The notes beneath the pieces were generated by a model. It worked only from the letters and a program-made list of their open reading frames with translations, did not search any database and was not told the origin of the DNA. Positions 1 to 9,641 of a stretch of DNA of 64,000 nt are shown here, in pieces. Each line of letters opens with the position of its first letter. Within the stretch, counting starts at the first letter, position 1. This DNA comes from Escherichia phage vB_EcoM-G28: the sequence record NC_054916.1. One strand, written 5' to 3'. The translations under genes were made by a program, and so were the position numbers.

Positions 1-764
1 AACTTAAAACTGGCATCACAGTTGAATTAGCACAAGATTTAGAAGCAAATGGATTCGATGCTCCTAATTTCTTGGAAGATTTGCTTGCAACTGAAATGGC
101 GGATGAAATCAATAAAGATATTCTACAGTCTTTGATTACAGTGTCAAAACGCTATAAAGTTACAGGAATTACTGATACTGGATTCATTGATTTGAGTTAT
201 GCATCTGCACCTGAAGCTGGTCGTTCATTATACCGAATGGTATGTGAAATGGTTTCACATATCCAAAAAGAATCAACTTATACAGCAACGTTCTGTGTTG
301 CTTCAGCTCGTGCTGCTGCGATTCTTGCTGCATCAGGTTGGTTAAAACATAAACCAGAAGATGATAAATATCTTTCACAAAATGCCTACGGGTTCTTAGC
401 TAATGGTTTACCGCTTTATTGCGATACTAACAGCCCATTAGATTATGTAATCGTTGGCGTGGTAGAAAATATTGGCGAAAAAGAAATTGTTGGATCAATT
501 TTCTATGCTCCGTATACAGAAGGTCTTGACTTAGATGACCCTGAACATGTAGGTGCATTTAAAGTTGTAGTTGATCCAGAAAGTTTGCAGCCATCTATCG
601 GTTTATTGGTTAGATATGCTTTATCTGCAAATCCTTACACTGTAGCAAAAGATGAAAAAGAAGCAAGAATAATTGATGGTGGAGACATGGATAAAATGGC
701 GGGTCGTTCAGATTTGTCTGTTTTATTAGGTGTTAAGCTACCAAAAATTATCGTTGATGAATAA
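1..764 (+). CDS. 24: Capsid protein of the gp23/gp24 family, C-terminal part (probably vertex protein gp24); ORF is open at the window start
   Basis: Reading frame continues without stop from position 3; position immediately upstream of rnlB as in T4; identity as 24 rather than 23 is by synteny only. Confidence 0.65.
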   Translation, partial: LKTGITVELAQDLEANGFDAPNFLEDLLATEMADEINKDILQSLITVSKRYKVTGITDTGFIDLSYASAPEAGRSLYRMVCEMVSHIQKESTYTATFCVASARAAAILAASGWLKHKPEDDKYLSQNAYGFLANGLPLYCDTNSPLDYVIVGVVENIGEKEIVGSIFYAPYTEGLDLDDPEHVGAFKVVVDPESLQPSIGLLVRYALSANPYTVAKDEKEARIIDGGDMDKMAGRSDLSVLLGVKLPKIIVDE

Positions 765-767
765 AAC

Positions 768-795
768 AAAGGGACCTTTCGGTCCCTTTTTATTT
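768..795. terminator. Hairpin AAAGGGACC-TTTC-GGTCCCTTT followed by T-run, between convergent genes 24 and rnlB
   Basis: Perfect 9-bp stem with tetraloop and flanking A/T runs on both strands. Confidence 0.7.
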
Positions 796-1798
796 AACTT
801 ACCAATTCAATCCAAGCCGGACGAAGTACATCTTGTACCATTTTAACTAATTCCTTTTTAACCAAAGAAGGATTATCTGCTTGAGTTAGAGTAATACCTT
901 CACGAGAAGTTTCTTCCAAAATATCTTGAACAGTTAGTCCCATCACCTTTCCAAAATCTTTTGGACCAATTTCGCCAATTTTAGAAATAACGTTATTTAC
1001 TCGGTTCAGTGTAACGTAACAAGCTAAAATTCCCACCAATTTGTTATCAGCTTCTGACAGTTCAACTTTAGCTTTAATAGGCTTATCAGACTTTTTCTTT
1101 TCACTAAATTTAGAATTCTTGCATTTAATCGCTACGCGATTGCCATTAGGCATCCAAGAAGGATAACAAGGTTTCAATACATAACCTTCAGCGGTAAATA
1201 CTTCGCCTTTTGCTTCGGCATTCCAAACGCATTTATTTGCATCAACTAATCCAGCATGGTCTACTGTAAAATTATAATCTTGGACGACAGAATCTAAATC
1301 ATTTGGCAATTTAATAAGCTCTTCAAATTTACCGCGACCTAAAAGTGGAGCCATTTTAAATTTAAATGTATTACAGAATGATTCCATCATATAATCATCG
1401 ACATAAGTCACATCACCACTTTCGGTAGTAACAATAATGTCAAATACATAAAAATCTTTATCGCCATAATCGACATTCTTCTGAATGCCAGGTCCAGCAA
1501 ATTCGCCAAAGACTTGATAAGATACAACTGCTGAAGTTTCCATAATATCTTGTACTGCTTTAATGGAATCAGCGTAATTCTTTAGAATAATTTCATACCC
1601 AAAGAAATCTTCAGCAGGAAGAATAGGACCAGTACGTTTAGCACAAGTTGCTTTATCGCGCTCAATAATCAACGAAAAATTTGTACCATGAATCTTTTCA
1701 CGAGCTACCCATTCGCCGCCAGTCAATCCTAAACTATAAAGTTTTTCAATGAATTTAGAATTGTAATGATTTTCAAGACTGCTATACTTTTTAAACAT
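794..1798 (-). CDS. rnlB: RNA ligase 2 (Rnl2)
   Basis: 334 aa; sequence recognised as T4 Rnl2 incl. nucleotidyltransferase motif I KIHGTNFS; synteny. Confidence 0.92.
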   Translation of the reverse strand: MFKKYSSLENHYNSKFIEKLYSLGLTGGEWVAREKIHGTNFSLIIERDKATCAKRTGPILPAEDFFGYEIILKNYADSIKAVQDIMETSAVVSYQVFGEFAGPGIQKNVDYGDKDFYVFDIIVTTESGDVTYVDDYMMESFCNTFKFKMAPLLGRGKFEELIKLPNDLDSVVQDYNFTVDHAGLVDANKCVWNAEAKGEVFTAEGYVLKPCYPSWMPNGNRVAIKCKNSKFSEKKKSDKPIKAKVELSEADNKLVGILACYVTLNRVNNVISKIGEIGPKDFGKVMGLTVQDILEETSREGITLTQADNPSLVKKELVKMVQDVLRPAWIELVS

Positions 1799-1807
1799 AA
1801 TTAATCC

Positions 1808-2086
1808 TCAAAATGTAATTTCTAACCAATCACCATCACGCTGGTCACTATTGACTTTAAAGCTAAATCCTTCTTTTCTCAGCCAATCACCAATTTCTTC
1901 AGTAATCAATTTATCGCGAGCAGTGCAATAATAACTAAAATATGTTTTACCTTGTTCAGCTGCTTTATTAGCAAGTTCCGAAAAATCTTTAATAAAACAC
2001 TCTAGTTTAAACTGTTTACTTTTAAGTGCTTTTTCACGTAATTGATTAGCAAAAGATTCATTTTCATAAAGATCATACTGTTCCAT
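1808..2086 (-). CDS. Hypothetical protein (24.2 position)
   Basis: 92 aa ORF, compact arrangement, synteny with T4 24.2. Confidence 0.55.
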   Translation of the reverse strand: MEQYDLYENESFANQLREKALKSKQFKLECFIKDFSELANKAAEQGKTYFSYYCTARDKLITEEIGDWLRKEGFSFKVNSDQRDGDWLEITF

Positions 2087-2288
2087 TTTTCACCTTTTTA
2101 TTAATATGTCTTTTTCTATAGACAACTTTTTCTCGAGTCTCAAATTTATTTTTAGCAGTCATAGCTCGAGCCCATAATACAGCCACTTCTTTTGCCTGTA
2201 AGTTCAATTCACGAGCAATTTCAATGAATGACTTTCCAGACTCATGAAGAGTAAACACCACAACCTCAGTTCTCATAATCAATCTCAT
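2073..2288 (-). CDS. Hypothetical protein (24.3 position)
   Basis: 71 aa ORF overlapping upstream gene end, synteny. Confidence 0.5.
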   Translation of the reverse strand: MRLIMRTEVVVFTLHESGKSFIEIARELNLQAKEVAVLWARAMTAKNKFETREKVVYRKRHINKKVKNGTV

Positions 2289-2344
2289 GTTATCGAGTTG
2301 GTGCCATTATATACATCATTTTCTGATTGTGTTTTGTGTGCTTT

Positions 2345-2371
2345 CAAAATGAAGAAAGGGGCCGAAGCCCC
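2345..2371 (-). terminator. GGGGCCGAAGCCCC hairpin plus U-run downstream of hoc
   Basis: Hairpin 2358-2371 with 4-nt loop; T-rich tract follows on minus strand. Confidence 0.55.
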
Positions 2372-2376
2372 TAAGA

Positions 2377-3795
2377 TTATGGATAGGTATAGATGATACC
2401 AGTTTCTAAAGCAGTTTTATGAATGATGTATCCATTACGCGATTCTTGAACATCAACTTCCGGATAGTCTTTCATCATCTTCTGAAGGGTGTAACGATGC
2501 AGGTAATATTTACTATCTGGATCGTCAGTTTTCCAATCTTTACCTTCTTCAGTCATTTTTTGGATTTCATCCATAACCCACCAACCGCACCAGATGTAAG
2601 CTGAAGTACGGTGTGGAAGAGGATGAACATAAGGCAATTCACCTTCTGGTTCCGGAGCAACTTTATCAGTCACTTGAACTTGACCTGTTGTTTTAACTGT
2701 TTTGCTATCATAATCAGTTGCTGCAACGACAGCAGTAACTTCAATAGTTTGACTTCCAACAGATGAGGTATCGACAGTATATACGTTAGTTGACCCTTCT
2801 ACAGGAGAAGAATCTTTCTTCCACGAGTAAGTAATTTGTGCTTCTTCTGGAGCATCCGTAACATTAGCAGTAAATGTAGCCGAAGCATCTTGCTGAACGT
2901 TAATAGAAGGAGGAGTCAATGTAACCTGTGGATTCATTGTCTTCTTATTAACTGTCAATGATACTTCATTAGAAGTAACTTCCTTTTCATTGTAATTTTC
3001 TGCTGTTACTTGGGCTACGCATTTAATTCTTTTTACTCCACTTGTAGTTGGAGTATAGCTAAATGTAGAGCTAGTTTCTCCACCAACTTGTGAATCATCT
3101 ACATACCACTGATACGTAGCAGATGCTCCATCAGGTTGAGAAGCTAAGGCAGCAGTAAATTGAACTGGGGTTCCAATTACTCCAGCTGAAGGACTAGCAG
3201 GAGTTACTGCCAATGTAGTTGTCTGTGTCTTTTTATTAACAGTCAGTGATACTTCATTAGAAGTAACGGTTTTTTCATCATAATTTGTCGCGGTTACTTG
3301 AGCTACACACTTGATTTTTTTAACTCCGCTTGCGGCAGGAGTGTAATTGAATGTAGCAGAAGTCGCTTCGTCTACAGGAGAACTGTCAACGTACCATTGA
3401 TACGTAGCAGATGCACCTGATGGCTGCGAAGCTAAAGCAGCGGTAAATTTAACAGCTGTTCCAATTACTCCTGCTGGAGGACTATTGGGAGTTACGGCTA
3501 AGGTAGTCGTCTGAGTTTTGTTTTTGACTGTGATAGTTGTAGTAGCTTCTGCTGTTTCAGCATCAGTATCTGGAACTGTGTTTGTTGCAACTACTTTAAT
3601 AGTCTTTTGACCGGCAGGTCCTTTTAGTACATAACTAAAAGTTGCTTCAGCTCCATCCTGTGGAACATCGTCTACAGTCCAAGCATAGGTAATAGTTCCA
3701 CCTCCAGTTTCACCACTGGGTGTAGCAGTAAACTGCTGAGTCTGATCTATAACTCCAGTAGGTGTTTTAGGAGTTATATCAACTGTAAAAGCCAT
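2377..3795 (-). CDS. hoc: Highly immunogenic outer capsid protein Hoc, 472 aa with four Ig-like domains
   Basis: Repeated ~96-aa Ig-like modules, conserved C-terminal capsid-binding region (WCGWWVMDEIQK...), synteny. Confidence 0.9.
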   Translation of the reverse strand: MAFTVDITPKTPTGVIDQTQQFTATPSGETGGGTITYAWTVDDVPQDGAEATFSYVLKGPAGQKTIKVVATNTVPDTDAETAEATTTITVKNKTQTTTLAVTPNSPPAGVIGTAVKFTAALASQPSGASATYQWYVDSSPVDEATSATFNYTPAASGVKKIKCVAQVTATNYDEKTVTSNEVSLTVNKKTQTTTLAVTPASPSAGVIGTPVQFTAALASQPDGASATYQWYVDDSQVGGETSSTFSYTPTTSGVKRIKCVAQVTAENYNEKEVTSNEVSLTVNKKTMNPQVTLTPPSINVQQDASATFTANVTDAPEEAQITYSWKKDSSPVEGSTNVYTVDTSSVGSQTIEVTAVVAATDYDSKTVKTTGQVQVTDKVAPEPEGELPYVHPLPHRTSAYIWCGWWVMDEIQKMTEEGKDWKTDDPDSKYYLHRYTLQKMMKDYPEVDVQESRNGYIIHKTALETGIIYTYP

Positions 3796-3804
3796 AAGTT
3801 ATCC

Positions 3805-4485
3805 TTATTTTAATGTTACGAAAGAAGAATTGCGTGTTTCACGAATTAAAACTGATCCGTCGCGATTAATGTAATAAATTAAGCTAAACAAAGTTTGGTG
3901 TGCTGACGCGTGTTCAAAACTAGTTGGATGAGATTTCCAATCAGGAGTTTCAGCGATCCATTGATAAATCCACCAAGGAACCGTACAGAATCCTGGATTT
4001 TTCCCCAATAATTGAAGATTCGGACTAAAGTTTTCCGGAAGAGTAAATACAGACGGCTTTTCAGATTCAATAATCTCAGCTACAGCTTGTTCAAACTTTT
4101 CTTCAACAAAAGGAGTGTCTTCAATCAAAACATCGGTATTTTCAGGAATTTTATCCGTTTCGACTACTTCAATTTTAATATCAGATTTAACCGGAGAATC
4201 AATCAGAAGTGCTGCTTCTGGATTAACTTCTTCATCGTCATATTTTAATCCCTCTGCAGCATCAGCAGCATTGATTAAGTCTTTAATAGATAACCCATCA
4301 GTCTCTGGCATAGGTTCACTAGCGAGCTTCTGGAGGGCTTCTTCAATATCAACAACGATATTATCAAAAGATTTATTCTTTTTGACCTTTATACCAAACT
4401 GTTCAGCGTATTCAGCTAATTTAGCTTTAGCTTCTTTATTATCATCAAGAGCCTTCAACTCTGCAATATAATCTTTATCTATCAT
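3805..4485 (-). CDS. inh: Inhibitor of prohead protease (Inh)
   Basis: 226 aa acidic protein at the T4 inh position between hoc and segE. Confidence 0.7.
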   Translation of the reverse strand: MIDKDYIAELKALDDNKEAKAKLAEYAEQFGIKVKKNKSFDNIVVDIEEALQKLASEPMPETDGLSIKDLINAADAAEGLKYDDEEVNPEAALLIDSPVKSDIKIEVVETDKIPENTDVLIEDTPFVEEKFEQAVAEIIESEKPSVFTLPENFSPNLQLLGKNPGFCTVPWWIYQWIAETPDWKSHPTSFEHASAHQTLFSLIYYINRDGSVLIRETRNSSFVTLK

Positions 4486-4498
4486 AATATTTCCTCAG

Positions 4499-4506
4499 TA
4501 TAAATA
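4499..4506 (+). promoter_or_regulatory. T4 late promoter element TATAAATA upstream of segE
   Basis: Exact TATAAATA about 29 nt upstream of the segE ATG. Confidence 0.45.
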
Positions 4507-4534
4507 TAGATATATTTATTACTCGGAAAATAGT

Positions 4535-5152
4535 ATGTACCACTTTGTATATGAAACAACAAATCTAATAAATGGTAAAAAGTATATAGGAAAACACTCT
4601 ACTGATGACTTGAATGATGGTTACCTTGGTTCCGGTAAGGCAATTCAGCAGGCTATAAAGAAATATGGTGAAAACAATTTTTCTAGAACAATACTAAAAG
4701 AGTTTAAAACTTCCGAAGAAGCGTACATGTATGAAGAAGAAATTATAACTCCTGAAATAATAAAAAGCAAAAATTATTATAATATGAAACCTGGTGGAAT
4801 TGGTGGAATTGTTATGACTACAGAGGTTATAGCAAAGATGAAAGAATCTTCCGCTAAGAGATTTGAAAACTCACCGGGCACGGTATTAGGTACAACTTGT
4901 TACACTAATGGAACTAAAAATATTTTTATTAAACCTGGAGAACTTGTTCCAGAAGGATTTGTAAAAGGGATGGTTCATCCTAATAGAAAGTCCAGAAAAG
5001 GATGTAAAGTCAAACCGACTACCACAGGAACTTTTTGGGTCAATAATGGTGCAATAAATAAATTAATACAACCAGACGGTATTATTCCCGACGGATTTAT
5101 TAAAGGTCGTCTCATGAAAAGAGATTCTAAAGGCAAATTTAGTAAGGCATAA
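4535..5152 (+). CDS. segE: GIY-YIG homing endonuclease SegE
   Basis: 205 aa; N-terminal GIY-YIG-type motif HFVYETTNLINGKKYIGK; position between inh and uvsW. Confidence 0.8.
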   Translation: MYHFVYETTNLINGKKYIGKHSTDDLNDGYLGSGKAIQQAIKKYGENNFSRTILKEFKTSEEAYMYEEEIITPEIIKSKNYYNMKPGGIGGIVMTTEVIAKMKESSAKRFENSPGTVLGTTCYTNGTKNIFIKPGELVPEGFVKGMVHPNRKSRKGCKVKPTTTGTFWVNNGAINKLIQPDGIIPDGFIKGRLMKRDSKGKFSKA

Positions 5153-5154
5153 TT

Positions 5155-6663
5155 ATGGATATTAAAGTACATTTTCACGACTTCAGTCATGTACGCATCG
5201 ATTGTGAAGAGAGCACGTTCCACGAATTAAGAGATTTCTTTTCGTTTGAGGCCGATGGATATAGATTTAACCCTCGCTTCAGATATGGCAACTGGGATGG
5301 ACGAATCCGTCTTTTAGATTATAATCGTCTTCTTCCATTCGGCTTAGTCGGGCAAATTAAAAAGTTCTGTGATAACTTTGGCTATAAAGCCTGGATTGAC
5401 CCACAAATTAACGAAAAAGAAGAATTATCAAGAAAAGATTTTGATGAATGGCTTTCTAAATTAGAAATCTATTCAGGAAATAAAAGAATTGAACCACACT
5501 GGTATCAAAAAGATGCAGTGTTCGAAGGATTAGTTAATCGTCGTAGAATTCTTAATCTTCCAACATCTGCAGGTAAATCTTTAATTCAGGCTCTGCTTGC
5601 GCGATATTATTTGGAAAATTATGAAGGTAAAATTCTTATCATTGTTCCAACAACTGCTCTGACAACTCAGATGGCTGATGACTTTGTTGATTATCGTTTA
5701 TTCAGTCACGCAATGATAAAGAAAATTGGTGGCGGAGCATCAAAAGATGATAAATATAAAAATGATGCACCAGTCGTTGTTGGTACATGGCAAACTGTAG
5801 TAAAACAACCAAAAGAATGGTTCTCACAGTTTGGAATGATGATGAATGATGAATGCCATCTTGCTACAGGAAAAAGTATTTCATCTATCATATCAGGTTT
5901 AAATAACTGCATGTTCAAATTTGGTCTATCTGGTTCATTACGTGACGGCAAAGCCAATATCATGCAGTATGTTGGAATGTTTGGCGAAATATTTAAGCCA
6001 GTAACGACTTCTAAGTTAATGGAAGATGGGCAAGTAACTGAGCTAAAAATTAATAGTATTTTTCTTCGTTATCCTGATGAGTTCACTACTAAATTAAAGG
6101 GAAAAACTTACCAAGAAGAAATAAAAATTATTACTGGGCTCAGTAAAAGAAATAAATGGATAGCTAAATTAGCTATTAAGCTTGCGCAAAAAGATGAAAA
6201 CGCTTTTGTCATGTTTAAACATGTATCACATGGTAAAGCTATTTTCGATTTAATTAAAAATGAATACGATAAAGTTTATTACGTATCAGGGGAAGTTGAT
6301 ACCGAAACCCGCAATATAATGAAAACCTTAGCTGAAAATGGCAAAGGAATAATTATAGTAGCTAGTTATGGTGTATTTTCTACTGGTATTTCAGTTAAAA
6401 ATCTGCATCACGTTGTTTTAGCGCACGGTGTTAAATCAAAAATCATTGTATTACAAACAATCGGTCGTGTATTACGTAAGCATGGTTCTAAGACAATAGC
6501 AACAGTCTGGGATCTTATAGATGACGCGGGCGTAGTTTCTAAATCAAAAACATCTTCTAAAAAATACTCGCATTTAAACTATCTTTTAAAACATGGACTT
6601 GATCGTATTCAGCGTTATGCTGATGAAAAGTTTAATTATGTGATGAAAGAGGTTAAACTTTGA
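5155..6663 (+). CDS. uvsW: UvsW DNA/RNA helicase
   Basis: 502 aa; SF2 helicase motifs (PTSAGKS Walker A, DECH box); synteny. Confidence 0.92.
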   Translation: MDIKVHFHDFSHVRIDCEESTFHELRDFFSFEADGYRFNPRFRYGNWDGRIRLLDYNRLLPFGLVGQIKKFCDNFGYKAWIDPQINEKEELSRKDFDEWLSKLEIYSGNKRIEPHWYQKDAVFEGLVNRRRILNLPTSAGKSLIQALLARYYLENYEGKILIIVPTTALTTQMADDFVDYRLFSHAMIKKIGGGASKDDKYKNDAPVVVGTWQTVVKQPKEWFSQFGMMMNDECHLATGKSISSIISGLNNCMFKFGLSGSLRDGKANIMQYVGMFGEIFKPVTTSKLMEDGQVTELKINSIFLRYPDEFTTKLKGKTYQEEIKIITGLSKRNKWIAKLAIKLAQKDENAFVMFKHVSHGKAIFDLIKNEYDKVYYVSGEVDTETRNIMKTLAENGKGIIIVASYGVFSTGISVKNLHHVVLAHGVKSKIIVLQTIGRVLRKHGSKTIATVWDLIDDAGVVSKSKTSSKKYSHLNYLLKHGLDRIQRYADEKFNYVMKEVKL

Positions 6664-7352
6664 ATTATAAATTAATATATGATAATTTAATTAATAGAGC
6701 CCAGAATCGGGCTCGCCTTAATGGATACACTGAAACACATCATATAATTCCTAGATGTATGGGTGGTACAAATGATAAGTGTAATTTAGTAGAACTAACG
6801 GCTGAAGAACATTTTATAGCCCATAAACTTTTAGCTAAAATTCATCCAAACCATTACGGTATAATTAAAGCTGTTATATGTATGGGGATGAATTCAAATA
6901 CTCATGAAAGACACGTCAATAAATCTTACGCATGGGAACGTCGTAAAATGGCAGAACTTCAATCCGGCGAAGGTAATCCATTTTACGGAAAACACCATAC
7001 GGAAGAACATAAACAATATATGTCAAAACTCATGAAAAGTCGTCCAATTACATGGGGAAATAAAATTAGTAAAACTAAAAGAATGAACCCAACGAAATGG
7101 ACTGAAGAAGCTAAAAGATTACATTCAATCAATCAATCGGGTAAAAATAACGGCATGTATGGAAGGAAACATTCCGCTAAATCTATTCAGAAAATTAAAG
7201 ATAACATGCCAGATAATTCAGGAGCTAATAACCCAGCTGCTAAACCTATAGAAGTAAATGGTGTTAAGTATAAATGTATGAAAGATGCTTCTAAAGCTAC
7301 TGGATTATCAATGTACAAACTAAGAATACTTAGAAAAACAGTTAATTTATAA
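6660..7352 (+). CDS. Free-standing HNH homing endonuclease (mob-like), apparent TTG start overlapping the uvsW stop
   Basis: HNH motif HHIIPRCMGG...NLVELTAEEHFIAH; repeated NUMOD-like GxxHxxExK segments; N-terminus paralogous to the nrdA-nrdB HNH ORF. Confidence 0.75.
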   Translation: MNYKLIYDNLINRAQNRARLNGYTETHHIIPRCMGGTNDKCNLVELTAEEHFIAHKLLAKIHPNHYGIIKAVICMGMNSNTHERHVNKSYAWERRKMAELQSGEGNPFYGKHHTEEHKQYMSKLMKSRPITWGNKISKTKRMNPTKWTEEAKRLHSINQSGKNNGMYGRKHSAKSIQKIKDNMPDNSGANNPAAKPIEVNGVKYKCMKDASKATGLSMYKLRILRKTVNL

Positions 7353-7377
7353 GGGCTTCGGCCCTTTGGAGAAAAAG

Positions 7378-7611
7378 ATGTTACTAGAATTTAAACAATT
7401 TCTTTATGAAGCTTCTATTGATGAATTTATGGGTAAAATTGCCTCTTGTCAAACATTAGAAGGTTTAGAAGAACTTGAAGCTTATTATAAGAAAAGAGTC
7501 AAAGAAACTGAATTAAAAGACACTGATGACATCTCTGTGAGAGATGCTTTGGCAGGAAAAAGAGCTGAATTAGAAGATTCAGACGATGATGAAGTAGAAG
7601 AAAGCTTTTAA
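7378..7611 (+). CDS. UvsW.1-like small acidic protein (76 aa from ATG at 7378)
   Basis: ORF with GGAG Shine-Dalgarno 7 nt upstream; position downstream of uvsW. Confidence 0.6.
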   Translation: MLLEFKQFLYEASIDEFMGKIASCQTLEGLEELEAYYKKRVKETELKDTDDISVRDALAGKRAELEDSDDDEVEESF

Positions 7612-7666
7612 ATTAAAAAAGGCCCAACCGAAAAGGAAGGGCCAAAACTATAGACTAAAGGTCACA

Positions 7667-7834
7667 CTATAGCAAAAGTTGTGTTTCATTTAATTGTTCT
7701 TCCGAACTTTCTGAAACTGGTAGTTCTTTAATGTAATTATAGCAAGGCCCAGGATGTACAGGACCTTTGTCTGTTTCAACAACCAATGCAGAATCGATTG
7801 GAGTTTTACAGACAACACAAATCTTATCTGACAT
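7667..7834 (-). CDS. Small protein with CxxC...C motif (uvsY.-2 position), 55 aa
   Basis: Hand-translated ORF below the 60-aa cutoff of the ORF track; preceded by late promoter element. Confidence 0.45.
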   Translation of the reverse strand: MSDKICVVCKTPIDSALVVETDKGPVHPGPCYNYIKELPVSESSEEQLNETQLLL

Positions 7835-7859
7835 GATTGTCTCCTCTGAATTATATATC

Positions 7860-7867
7860 TATTTATA
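7860..7867 (-). promoter_or_regulatory. Late promoter element TATAAATA (minus strand)
   Basis: Reverse complement of TATTTATA about 25 nt upstream of the 55-aa ORF. Confidence 0.4.
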
Positions 7868-8087
7868 CAACTCTCATATGCATATCAATGCCCATATCTT
7901 TAGAATAAAAATATTCATCAAGATATCCAGCAAATTTTCCTTTAATATAAAGGACATCTTCACCACATGGATGGTCGGCCAGGATACGAATATCCTGACG
8001 CTTAAGATTATACTTTTTCATTAAGAATTGAATTTCCGTTTCAAATTCTTCTTCATAATTAAAAGCATCATCAATGTTATATCTCAT
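7863..8087 (-). CDS. Hypothetical protein (uvsY.-1 position)
   Basis: 74 aa ORF directly downstream of uvsY. Confidence 0.55.
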   Translation of the reverse strand: MRYNIDDAFNYEEEFETEIQFLMKKYNLKRQDIRILADHPCGEDVLYIKGKFAGYLDEYFYSKDMGIDMHMRVV

Positions 8088-8500
8088 TATTTTCCAGCCT
8101 CAAATGCCCGCATGTCTTGAATATGCTTAATAGCAAATCCACGTGATTTAATAGCATCAAGAGCTCCGCTACAGAAATCCAATAAAATCCCCCAATACTG
8201 TAACGATGTATCAACCTTTAAAACATCCTTATCAGCTGATAGAACTGTCTTCATTTCTGATTTCTCGTAACGATCCATACTAAATTCATCACCATCTCCT
8301 CGTCCCGAGTAGTAGTCTAATTTAGCTTTAAGAGCAACTTTTTTCTGTGCTTCAATTCTAAGCATTTCCTTTTTAATACTTGAATGCTTATTAAGCCATT
8401 TACTATATAACATCACATTATTAGCTGCTTCATACTGTAATTTAGTCGAATCTATAAACACATCTTTCTTCAATTCTTCTTGAAGATCTTCTAATCTCAT
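8087..8500 (-). CDS. uvsY: Recombination mediator UvsY
   Basis: 137 aa; sequence recognised as T4 UvsY (MRLEDLQEELKKDVF...). Confidence 0.92.
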   Translation of the reverse strand: MRLEDLQEELKKDVFIDSTKLQYEAANNVMLYSKWLNKHSSIKKEMLRIEAQKKVALKAKLDYYSGRGDGDEFSMDRYEKSEMKTVLSADKDVLKVDTSLQYWGILLDFCSGALDAIKSRGFAIKHIQDMRAFEAGK

Positions 8501-8540
8501 ATTGTTCTCTATTCAATTGTTATTGGATGGACTTAGATTC

Positions 8541-8567
8541 ATTATACCACGTTTATACGTGAAGCAT
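8541..8567 (-). promoter_or_regulatory. Middle (MotA-dependent) promoter: MotA box TGCTTCA and -10 TATAAT upstream of uvsY
   Basis: Minus strand reads aTGCTTCA - 12 nt - gTATAAT. Confidence 0.5.
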
Positions 8568-8965
8568 TATACTCTGTTACTGGAAGCCAGTTGTAGTTTT
8601 ATCTGCTCAATATCATCAGGATTATCGATGACCGAAAAGCGTATTTCTACTATCAGAGTATAATCATCATAAACTGGTATTACATTAACTGCTAATTTAT
8701 CAATACGTGGCTCATAGTTTCTTACTGCGCTTTCGATGTTACGCTCAACAGTATCAGCAGTAAGAGGAGTCATATTCTCAAAAAGTTGATCAGATAAATC
8801 GCATCCAAATTCTGGGTCAAACGGTCTCGACCCTTTTCTGGTTGTGATAATTCCCAAAAGGCTATTTTTAATTGACCTTAATCCAAGAGATCTAGAAACA
8901 TCTTTGTCCCAATCCATTTTCATTTCTGGGTCAATGTCAGAATAAAGCTTATTAATATTTGCCAT
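8567..8965 (-). CDS. 25: Baseplate wedge protein gp25
   Basis: 132 aa, synteny and sequence. Confidence 0.88.
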   Translation of the reverse strand: MANINKLYSDIDPEMKMDWDKDVSRSLGLRSIKNSLLGIITTRKGSRPFDPEFGCDLSDQLFENMTPLTADTVERNIESAVRNYEPRIDKLAVNVIPVYDDYTLIVEIRFSVIDNPDDIEQIKLQLASSNRV

Positions 8966-9591
8966 TACAATAGCTCAAAGAATTCTTTGAGTCCTCTTAT
9001 TACATGAGCGTGAGATTTTCCACACTCTGGACACTTAATTGGAACAGCCAAATAAACAGTAGGCTTTAAAAGCATATCTTTTATAGCTACAATATCTGAC
9101 TCTGTGATGATAGAATATAAATCTTCCAGTTCTTTTTCATTTAAGTCTTCAATTGGAATGCTTTCCCCGTTAGCATGAATCGTTTCTATGCATGATACTA
9201 TCATGTGGGCTATATTTTTATCATCAAAAATTTTAGGGTAATGGAACTTAATTTTAATGTCACCCAGTGTATACCAGAGGTCTTCTGGTGCATCTATTTG
9301 TGTATGTAATAGATTTATATGGGTTGGTATTTCAGTTCCGCAGGTGCACTTCCAGGAGTTTTCGTGATTAACTTCGCCAAGAGAATGTGCCCATAAATGA
9401 ATCAACAATAGTTCTGATTCTTGACGATTTAAATCTTTTGCATTTGTGCAGTCTTTGATTAGCTTTTTAACAATTACTTCTACGGAACCATTATTTTTGG
9501 CAGTAATAAGTTCTAGATATTCTTTAAGAGTAAATGCACGACAGTTGATTATTTTAGAACCAACTCTCACGTCAAATTTGTATTCATACAT
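8965..9591 (-). CDS. 26: Baseplate hub protein gp26
   Basis: 208 aa, synteny. Confidence 0.8.
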   Translation of the reverse strand: MYEYKFDVRVGSKIINCRAFTLKEYLELITAKNNGSVEVIVKKLIKDCTNAKDLNRQESELLLIHLWAHSLGEVNHENSWKCTCGTEIPTHINLLHTQIDAPEDLWYTLGDIKIKFHYPKIFDDKNIAHMIVSCIETIHANGESIPIEDLNEKELEDLYSIITESDIVAIKDMLLKPTVYLAVPIKCPECGKSHAHVIRGLKEFFELL

Positions 9592-9612
9592 ATTTAGCTC
9601 CTTTATTTATCA

Positions 9613-9624
9613 TATTTATAAATA
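9613..9624. promoter_or_regulatory. Divergent late promoters for genes 26 and 51
   Basis: TATAAATA at 9617-9624 on plus strand and overlapping on minus strand (9613-9620). Confidence 0.6.
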
Positions 9625-9641
9625 GAATAAAAGGAGCATCT

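Noticed and set aside
184-378. 64-aa minus-strand ORF inside the capsid gene
   Set aside because: Antisense to a conserved structural gene; no expression signals.
4012-4471. Plus-strand ORFs of 78 and 118 aa opposite inh
   Set aside because: Antisense to a well-supported gene, low-complexity translation, no promoter or SD.
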